A stretch of 64,000 bases of DNA from Candidatus Parcubacteria bacterium (GTDB lineage Bacteria > Patescibacteriota > Minisyncoccia > Phycocordibacterales > Phycocordibacteraceae). The DNA is taken from contig JAXDML010000010.1 of NCBI GenBank assembly GCA_034666125.1, forward strand, positions 52,260-116,259. Reading direction: 5' to 3'. Shown here in pieces: positions 57,578 through 64,000 of this stretch; positions within the stretch are counted from its first letter, which is position 1; every line of letters starts with the position of its first letter. The translations under genes and the position numbers were made by a program. The notes beneath the pieces were generated by a model that worked only from the letters and a program-made list of their open reading frames with translations, was not told where the DNA came from and made no database searches.

Positions 57578-60500
57578 AGCGCCTTGAGGTTCTCGAGCGC
57601 GAGGGTGGTCTCGCCGTTCCGGATGGATACCGCTCCCTTGATGAGCACGCAGGTCCCGGAAACGACCGCGCGCGCCTGCTCCTTGTACAGCTTCGGGAAG
57701 ATGACCGCCTCGATGGAACCGGTCTTATCCTCGAAGGTCACGAAGGCCATCTTCTCGCCGCTCTTGGTGAGGTACGTCTTCACTTCGGTGATGAGCGCCG
57801 GGAGGATGACCGGGAATCCGGGGCGCGGTTCCGCGAGGATGCCTCCGATGGTCGCCGTGGCCTTCATGCGGGTCTCTTCGTGCACGTCGAGCGGATGCCC
57901 GGACACGTAGATGCCGAGGAGCTCCTTTTCCCAGGCGAGCTTGTCGGCTGCGGACGTTTCCTGGCCGGAGGCGGCGGGAAGATGGAGCGTGGGCGCCATG
58001 GCCATGGCCCCGAACAGCGACTCCTGTGCCGCCGCCTGCGTGGCATCCCGGTGAAAGGCGAGCTGCATCTCGATGTTGTCGAGCAGGTACGTGCGGTCGC
58101 CGAAACGGTCGAGCGCGCCGCATTTGGTGAGCGATTCGAGCGATTTTCGGTTCAAGCTCTTCGCCGCGACGCGCGACAGGAATTCGGAAAGCGTCGCGTA
58201 CGGACCGTTCTTCACGCGTTCGTCGAGGATGGCATGCGATACGCCCTCGCCGAAGTTCTTGATGGAGGATAGACCGAACCGTATGGCGCCTGCCTTGTTG
58301 CCTTCCATCGGCACCACGGTAAAGTCCGTACCGCTCTCGTTCACGTCGGGCGGCAGCAGGGGGATCCGGAGGCGCTCGCATTCGGCGGAGAAGTTCGCGA
58401 TGGCGTCGGTATCGCCCGAATCCGCAGTCAGCACCGCAGCCATGTACTCGACCGGATAGTTCGCCTTCATGTACGACGTCTGGTACGCGACCTTGCCGTA
58501 GCAGGCGGCGTGGGCCTTGTTGAAGCCGTACGCGGCGAAGGGCTCGATGAGCTTCCAGATCTTCTCGCTCTTGGCCGGGGGGAGCCCTCCGTGCTCCTTG
58601 AAGCCCTCCATGAGCTTCTCCTTCTGCGCGGCCATCTCTGCCGGGATCTTCTTGCCCATGGCCTTGCGGAGCGTATCGGCCTCGAGCCACGAGTACCCGC
58701 CGAGCGTGATGGCCGTCAGGAGCACGTCGTCCTGGTACACCAGGAGGCCGTATGACGTGTCGAGATACTCCTTCATGCGGTCATCGATAAAGTTGACGAG
58801 CGCCGGATTATGCTTGCGCTCGATATAGGCGGGAATGGTTTCCATCGGGCCGGGGCGGTACAGGGCGACCATGGCGTTGATGTCGTGGATGGTCGTGGGT
58901 TTGAGCTCCTTCAGGTACCGGGTCATCCCCGATCCGTTCAGCTGGAACGTGCCCTCGGTCTCGCCACGCGCGAGCATGGCGAAGGTCCGCGCGTCGTCGA
59001 GCGGCACGTTCTCGATGTCGATATCAGTGCCGAGCGTCTCCTTCACGCGCGCGACGGCATCCGAAAGTATGGAAAGGTTCTTGATGCCGAGGAAGTCGAA
59101 CTTGAGGAGCCCCACGCCGCCGTATTCGTCGGTGATCGAGTACATGTCGTACTGCGTGATGAGCTTCCCGGTGCCCTTGGGATCGGGCTGGAGAGGCGTC
59201 CACTCGATGAGCGGAGTAGGGGAGATGACGACGCCGGCGGCGTGCACGCCGACGTGCCGCACGCAGCCCTCGATGCGGCGCGCGAGCTGGAGGACCTCGC
59301 GGGCATCCTCGTCCTCGTCATACAGTGCCTTGAGATCCGGCTCAATCTCGAGGGCCTTGTCGATGGTCATCGGAAAGCCCTGGGAGCCGATGGGAATGAG
59401 CTTCGCGATGCGGTCGCCCACGCCATACGAGTGCCCGAGCGCGCGCGATACGTCGCGCACGGCAGCGCGCGCCATGAGGGTCCCGAAGGTACCGATCTGC
59501 GCGACATTCTCGTCCCCGTACTTCTGCTTCACGTACCGGATCATGTCGTCGCGGCGGTTGTCGGCCATGTCCATGTCGATATCCGGGGCCTTCGGGCGCT
59601 CGGGATTCAGGAAGCGCTCGAACGGAAGCTTGTACTCGATCGGATCCACGTTCGTGATGCCCGTAAGGTACGACACGATGGAGCCCGCAGCCGAGCCGCG
59701 GGTGGTCGTGAGGATCCCTTCCTCCTTCGCGTGATTGAGCAGGTCCGAGACGACCAGGAAGTATCGGGCGAATCCCTTGCCTTCGATGATGTTCAGCTCG
59801 TATTCGATGCGTTCTTCCACCTCGGGGGTCTTTTCCATGTTTCGCGTCTCGAGCCCCGCGTACGTCTTCGCGCGCAATTCGTCGCCATGGGTCTTAAAAC
59901 CTTTGCCAAGCGGCACGTTCGGGAATGTCCACCTCCCGAGCTCGAAGGTGACGTTGCAACGGGCCGCGATATCGCCGCTGGCCCCGACCGCGCCCGGCAC
60001 GTGCCCGAACCAGCGGTCGATGTCCTCGACGCCGACGAACGAGAAGTCCTCGTCCTCGTTCCCACCCGTGCTCGTGCTCCCGTAGCGGATGCGTCGCATC
60101 ACTTCCGTCGCCTCGCGGTCGTCGGGCTTCACGTAGTAGACGTCATGCTGCGCGAGGAGCGGCACCTTCGCGCGAGTGCCGATCTCGATGATCCTTTCCA
60201 TGCGGTCCATGTGCCCCGGTACCTTCGGGTGATGCGTTATCTCCAGGAAAAGATTGTCGGGGCCCATGATGACCATGTATTCGGCGAGTGCGGCCGCGGC
60301 GCCGTCAGCGTCGCCCGCAGCCAGCAGCTTCGCCACGTCGCCGGCGAAGGACGGCATGATGGCGATGAGCCCCCCCTTATGCTCGCGCAGGAGCTCCCGG
60401 TCAATGCGCGGCCTCTCGAAAAAGCCTTCTATGTGAGCCTTGCTCACGAGCGCAAGCAGGTTCTTGTACCCCGCGATATTCTCCGCGAGGAGCACGATGC

Positions 60501-60762
60501 GCGAGTACTTCGCGTCGTGAACCGGATCCTTGTCGAAGCGGGACCGCGGCGCCATATGCAGATCGACTCCGAGTATGGGCTTGATCCCGCGCTTCTCTGC
60601 CGCCTTATAGAACTCGATGGCGCCGTGCATGTTCCCGGTGTCGGTGAGCCCGACGGCGTCCATGCCCTGCGCCACGGCGGCATCCACCAGCTCGTCCACC
60701 TTCGGCAGAGCCTCGAGGAAGCTGTAGTGGCTGTGGGTGTGGAGGTGGACGAAGCGCGACAT
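57574..60762 (-). CDS. dnaE: DNA polymerase III alpha subunit
   Basis: FVHLHTHSHYS (PHP), RGSAAGS, PDIDMD, HAAG, YGFNKAHA, OB domain. Confidence 0.97.
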   Translation of the reverse strand: MSRFVHLHTHSHYSFLEALPKVDELVDAAVAQGMDAVGLTDTGNMHGAIEFYKAAEKRGIKPILGVDLHMAPRSRFDKDPVHDAKYSRIVLLAENIAGYKNLLALVSKAHIEGFFERPRIDRELLREHKGGLIAIMPSFAGDVAKLLAAGDADGAAAALAEYMVIMGPDNLFLEITHHPKVPGHMDRMERIIEIGTRAKVPLLAQHDVYYVKPDDREATEVMRRIRYGSTSTGGNEDEDFSFVGVEDIDRWFGHVPGAVGASGDIAARCNVTFELGRWTFPNVPLGKGFKTHGDELRAKTYAGLETRNMEKTPEVEERIEYELNIIEGKGFARYFLVVSDLLNHAKEEGILTTTRGSAAGSIVSYLTGITNVDPIEYKLPFERFLNPERPKAPDIDMDMADNRRDDMIRYVKQKYGDENVAQIGTFGTLMARAAVRDVSRALGHSYGVGDRIAKLIPIGSQGFPMTIDKALEIEPDLKALYDEDEDAREVLQLARRIEGCVRHVGVHAAGVVISPTPLIEWTPLQPDPKGTGKLITQYDMYSITDEYGGVGLLKFDFLGIKNLSILSDAVARVKETLGTDIDIENVPLDDARTFAMLARGETEGTFQLNGSGMTRYLKELKPTTIHDINAMVALYRPGPMETIPAYIERKHNPALVNFIDDRMKEYLDTSYGLLVYQDDVLLTAITLGGYSWLEADTLRKAMGKKIPAEMAAQKEKLMEGFKEHGGLPPAKSEKIWKLIEPFAAYGFNKAHAACYGKVAYQTSYMKANYPVEYMAAVLTADSGDTDAIANFSAECERLRIPLLPPDVNESGTDFTVVPMEGNKAGAIRFGLSSIKNFGEGVSHAILDERVKNGPYATLSEFLSRVAAKSLNRKSLESLTKCGALDRFGDRTYLLDNIEMQLAFHRDATQAAAQESLFGAMAMAPTLHLPAASGQETSAADKLAWEKELLGIYVSGHPLDVHEETRMKATATIGGILAEPRPGFPVILPALITEVKTYLTKSGEKMAFVTFEDKTGSIEAVIFPKLYKEQARAVVSGTCVLIKGAVSIRNGETTLALENLKAL

Positions 60763-60802
60763 GGGTACAGGATACCAAATTGAGAACTGCTATAGTTTTC
60801 GG

Positions 60803-61402
60803 ATGAGATTCGTACTCGGCGTGGACGAGGCGGGACGGGGCCCGTTGGCCGGGCCGGTCGCCGTGGGGACGGTATGCGTGCGTAAGGATTTCGATATCCC
60901 TACGGCCTTCCCGGGACTCAACGATTCGAAGCAACTGACGGAGAAGAAACGGGAGAAGCTCTTCGAGCTCCTGCTTGAACGCGTCGTCGCAGACGACGCG
61001 TCATACCACGTCGAGCTCGTAGGCCACGACGTCATCGATAAGCGCGGCATCGTGCACGCCGTACGGCGTGGCGTCGAGAAGGGGATACGGAAGCTCCTGC
61101 CGGAACCCGCAGAGGGCAAGATATGGCTCGATGGCGCGCTCCGCGCGCCCGACACATACGAACAGGAAACCGTCATCAGGGGAGACTCCCTCATCCCGGC
61201 CATCATGCTCGCTTCGGTCGCCGCGAAGGTCACGCGCGACCGCTACATGACGCGGCTGGCGGAGCGCTACCCGCTCTACGGCTTCGAGCGCCACAAAGGC
61301 TACGGCACCTCAGCGCATTACGACGCGCTCCGCGCACACGGACTCTGCGACCTCCATCGCCGCAGTTTCATCCATCTGGCCGAGCCCGCCGTTGTCCGAT
61401 AA
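60803..61402 (+). CDS. rnhB: Ribonuclease HII
   Basis: GVDEAGRGPLAGPV, DSKQL, ASVAAKVTRD, KGYGT; start ATG 60803. Confidence 0.96.
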   Translation: MRFVLGVDEAGRGPLAGPVAVGTVCVRKDFDIPTAFPGLNDSKQLTEKKREKLFELLLERVVADDASYHVELVGHDVIDKRGIVHAVRRGVEKGIRKLLPEPAEGKIWLDGALRAPDTYEQETVIRGDSLIPAIMLASVAAKVTRDRYMTRLAERYPLYGFERHKGYGTSAHYDALRAHGLCDLHRRSFIHLAEPAVVR

Positions 61403-61448
61403 GAAGCCGAATTTCCTTTTTATACGGCCCTGTGCTACGGTGGGACGC

Positions 61449-61820
61449 ATGTCAGTACGAATGCGCCACACCAGTTCCCATACCAAGAACCGCAGGAGCC
61501 ACCATGCCCTGAAGGCTACGAACCTCGTGAAGGACAAGGAGAGCGAAGCTCTCCGCCTTCCGCATCGCCTGGACGAATCCACGGGCATGTACCGCGGCAA
61601 GCAGATCGTCCCGACCGACGAGCTGAAGCGCCGCGAGGAGCGCATGAAGAAGCGCCGGAGCGCGAAGGAGAACCCTTTGACCGAAGGCGTCCGCGAGCCG
61701 GTGCACGCCACCGAAGACCCGATCGCCGCGCCGAAGGCGCCGAGCAAGGAAGGCCTTCTCGGCCGTTTCACCAAGGGCCGCGCGAAGGCGCGCTCCGGTT
61801 TCGGCGGGAACGCCGGATAG
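61449..61820 (+). CDS. rpmF: 50S ribosomal protein L32 with C-terminal extension
   Basis: RRSHHALK...LPHR...GMYRG; no Zn Cys; start ATG 61449. Confidence 0.85.
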   Translation: MSVRMRHTSSHTKNRRSHHALKATNLVKDKESEALRLPHRLDESTGMYRGKQIVPTDELKRREERMKKRRSAKENPLTEGVREPVHATEDPIAAPKAPSKEGLLGRFTKGRAKARSGFGGNAG

Positions 61821-61840
61821 TGGCTATACGCATACGTTCG

Positions 61841-61872
61841 AGCGAAGCGCGGCCGTACGGCCGCGCTTCGCT
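61841..61872. repeat. Perfect 32-bp palindrome without U-tract
   Basis: AGCGAAGCGCGGCCGT/ACGGCCGCGCTTCGCT. Confidence 0.8.
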
Positions 61873-61940
61873 ATGCACATACGGGTGCAGTTGCGCCTTT
61901 GCGCTTAATCCTGGTACTCTATGCGCACAGCTCTTTCCAT

Positions 61941-62849
61941 ATGGCCAACCGCCACCTTGCACGTTCCGTAGTCCTTCAGACGCTCTTCGAGTGGGATACG
62001 ACGCATGCCGATGAGGCGGGGGTGAACGAGATCCTCGCCCGGAACGTCGAAGAGTTCGGCGGCGATGATTCGGACCGGCCATTCACGGAAGCTCTCCTTT
62101 CGGGCGTCATCAGCAAGCGCCCGGACCTCGACCTCGTCATCACGAAGGCCGCGCCCGACTGGCCGCTCGAGAAGATCGCGCCCGTGGATCGTAATATTCT
62201 AAGGATCGGGCTTTTTGAATTGCTTTTCGCCGACCGCGCGCAAGTGCCTGCGAAGGTCGCCATCAACGAAGCCATCGAGCTTGCGAAGGTGTTCGGCGGC
62301 GATTCGTCGGGACGCTTCGTCAACGGAGTCCTCGGCGCCGTGTACAAGGAGATGGGCGAGCCCGGCAAGGACGAGAAGGGGAAGAAGGACCGCGTGCGCC
62401 GCGAGGACCTGCCGCTCGAGAAATTGGGAGGCGCCATCGTGTACGCCGAGCACGAGGGCCAGTACTATCTCGCGCTCGTGCACGATGTCTTCGGCCGGTG
62501 GACGCTGTCCAAGGGCCATATCGAAGAGGACCCGAGCCCGGAGGAGGGAGTGAAGCGCGTGGTGATGGAGGAGCTCGGGATCGCGTCAACGGTCGAGGAG
62601 ATGGTCGGCGAGAACGAGTACGTCGCCTCGCACCCGGAAAAAGGGAAGATCCGGAAGCACGTCTGGTTCTTCCTCGTGCATGCGGAGTTCGAGACGCTGA
62701 CCCTGAAGAAAAGCGGTGGGCTCGACGACGCCAAGTGGTTCCGCCTCACCGACATCCTCGACCTCAATTTCTATGACGACATGCTCCCCATCGTGACCGC
62801 CGCAGTGCAGAAGCTCCTCGACAAGGCCCGCGCGAAGTCCGTGGCATGA
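61941..62849 (+). CDS. nusB: NusB fused to a C-terminal NUDIX-like domain
   Basis: RHLAR..VLQ.LF, DRNILR, VAINEAIELAK.FG, FVNGVL; then WTLSKGHIE...RVVMEELG. Confidence 0.9.
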   Translation: MANRHLARSVVLQTLFEWDTTHADEAGVNEILARNVEEFGGDDSDRPFTEALLSGVISKRPDLDLVITKAAPDWPLEKIAPVDRNILRIGLFELLFADRAQVPAKVAINEAIELAKVFGGDSSGRFVNGVLGAVYKEMGEPGKDEKGKKDRVRREDLPLEKLGGAIVYAEHEGQYYLALVHDVFGRWTLSKGHIEEDPSPEEGVKRVVMEELGIASTVEEMVGENEYVASHPEKGKIRKHVWFFLVHAEFETLTLKKSGGLDDAKWFRLTDILDLNFYDDMLPIVTAAVQKLLDKARAKSVA

Positions 62850-62892
62850 TTTTGAATTAGGGCGGATTCGAGTTCCGTTGACCGCGCCTTCA

Positions 62893-62920
62893 CACAAAGC
62901 CGTCTCTGGACGGCTTTGTG
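62893..62920. terminator. Terminator-like hairpin
   Basis: CACAAAGCCGTC-TCTG-GACGGCTTTGTG. Confidence 0.7.
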
Positions 62921-62957
62921 ACGATAAAAAGAAGACAGGACGCGTGACGACGTCCTG

Positions 62958-64000
62958 TCAGAGTTCGGAAGCAAGCTCAGGATAAGCGCTCCTGAGTAAC
63001 TCCCGAAGCGAGAGCCCAACGTTCTTGCTGGAGAGCATTCCAGCTAGCCCATATTTTCTGAATAGTGAAGGGGTAACTAAAGGAGAAAGAGGCGATATCT
63101 CCAGATGTTCATCAAGCAGCCACATGGTAGCTAATGCGGCCGTCACCCTTCCCTCGCTGCCCACCCACTTACCTTGGGTGCAGAAGCTCCACGGAAGAAA
63201 CTTATCAGGATAGACAAGGCGCAGGATAGGTTCAGGAGACCCATACGCCTTTATAATTGCCTCAAGACCGTGCTCACTAAAAGCCCGTCTTGTCAGGGTG
63301 GTTTCTAGCCGTCTGTCCCAAATCTCTCCCGCAGTGAGGGTTAACATCGGTATTCCGAGCTTTTCCTCAACAAGCCACCGAGTTGCCCTGATCACATTCT
63401 CTTTCAAGTCGAAATAACCCTTAGGCGTTTTTGCAAACTCCCATGGGTGATATCGATTCGGAAATGCTTGATTCAGATACGCAAATCTATCCCGTCCGAA
63501 CAGTGAAGTCAGGGGACTGAATAAACCTGCGTTCTCAAAGAAACTCCTAGTAAGCAATTTCGGATACTCTTCAGGAGGGCGGCCGGTTTCCCTCAATGCG
63601 TTCTGCAAGGACTCAACCGCTCGCTCCAGATTCCAGTAGTTTCGTGGGGCACGCACCATGTGATGGCCAAGAAATCTCTTTTCCGGGAATGCGAATTTGA
63701 TGGCGTCAAACGGTGAGCTGTGGAAGAAAACCTGGAGCCACCCCCCAAGCCCGTGTTCTTTGAACGTCACTTGTCCGATTTTCCGGGGAGCCTCGTCCGG
63801 GGTTATACCAAGGACTTTAACTAATACGAAAACCACCAGCCTATGGCTTTCTGGGGTCCTGTGCCTGTACGCATTCTCCTTGGCTTGTCTCAGAACTGCT
63901 TGCGGATCGATTTGTTCTCGATCTCCCGCAAGCAAAACGTAGAGCTGATTTTGCTCAAGCCAGGAGGGAATCTCTTCGGGAGTCACGTCCCAAAGCACTT
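62958..64000 (-). CDS. DUF4046-like helical repeat protein (probably 5' truncated by window)
   Basis: Four ~70-aa repeats of F...GL...L......P...L...(F/Y)P, with PWxF and WL.EE; more AT-rich than flanks. Confidence 0.65.
   Translation of the reverse strand, partial: VLWDVTPEEIPSWLEQNQLYVLLAGDREQIDPQAVLRQAKENAYRHRTPESHRLVVFVLVKVLGITPDEAPRKIGQVTFKEHGLGGWLQVFFHSSPFDAIKFAFPEKRFLGHHMVRAPRNYWNLERAVESLQNALRETGRPPEEYPKLLTRSFFENAGLFSPLTSLFGRDRFAYLNQAFPNRYHPWEFAKTPKGYFDLKENVIRATRWLVEEKLGIPMLTLTAGEIWDRRLETTLTRRAFSEHGLEAIIKAYGSPEPILRLVYPDKFLPWSFCTQGKWVGSEGRVTAALATMWLLDEHLEISPLSPLVTPSLFRKYGLAGMLSSKNVGLSLRELLRSAYPELASEL

Noticed and set aside
58810-60783. 657-aa antisense ORF over dnaE
   Set aside because: Shadow ORF; dnaE is unambiguous

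Overview
This is a GC-rich core-chromosome segment, most consistent with a Patescibacteria (CPR, Parcubacteria-like) genome using the standard code. That assignment is inferred from the trimmed housekeeping proteins, split transketolase, pilin, sortase and giant surface protein. Content in order: end of gatB; two paralogous HTH+TM proteins, the second a 5,704-aa phage-fibre-like giant protein; a gap/rpiB/rpe/tkt/pfkB/fba cluster; a duplicated DUF3750-like + EEP block next to dgkA; rplY; cell-envelope genes; rpmE, prfA, rpsB, tsf, tRNA-Thr(TGT); a GT2; pheS-csaA-pheT; kinase, phosphatase and Nei-like genes; gyrB; a sortase with a candidate substrate; thrS, dnaE, rnhB, rpmF and a nusB-NUDIX fusion. 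No CRISPR array, integrase, transposase or prophage was seen. The top find is missing from the ORF track: a complete classical transcription attenuator upstream of thrS. It has a leaderless 11-aa leader peptide MAFVTTTTTTP (six tandem Thr codons), a near-consensus promoter and mutually exclusive 1:2, 2:3 and 3:4 helices. Other notable signals: a window-wide leaderless promoter architecture, tRNA 3'-end remnants beside accessory genes, a stand-alone OB-fold gene between pheS and a B2-less pheT, a candidate lipid-salvage module, and an internal IPYTG sorting signal. All family calls come from motif recognition by eye; no searches were run.
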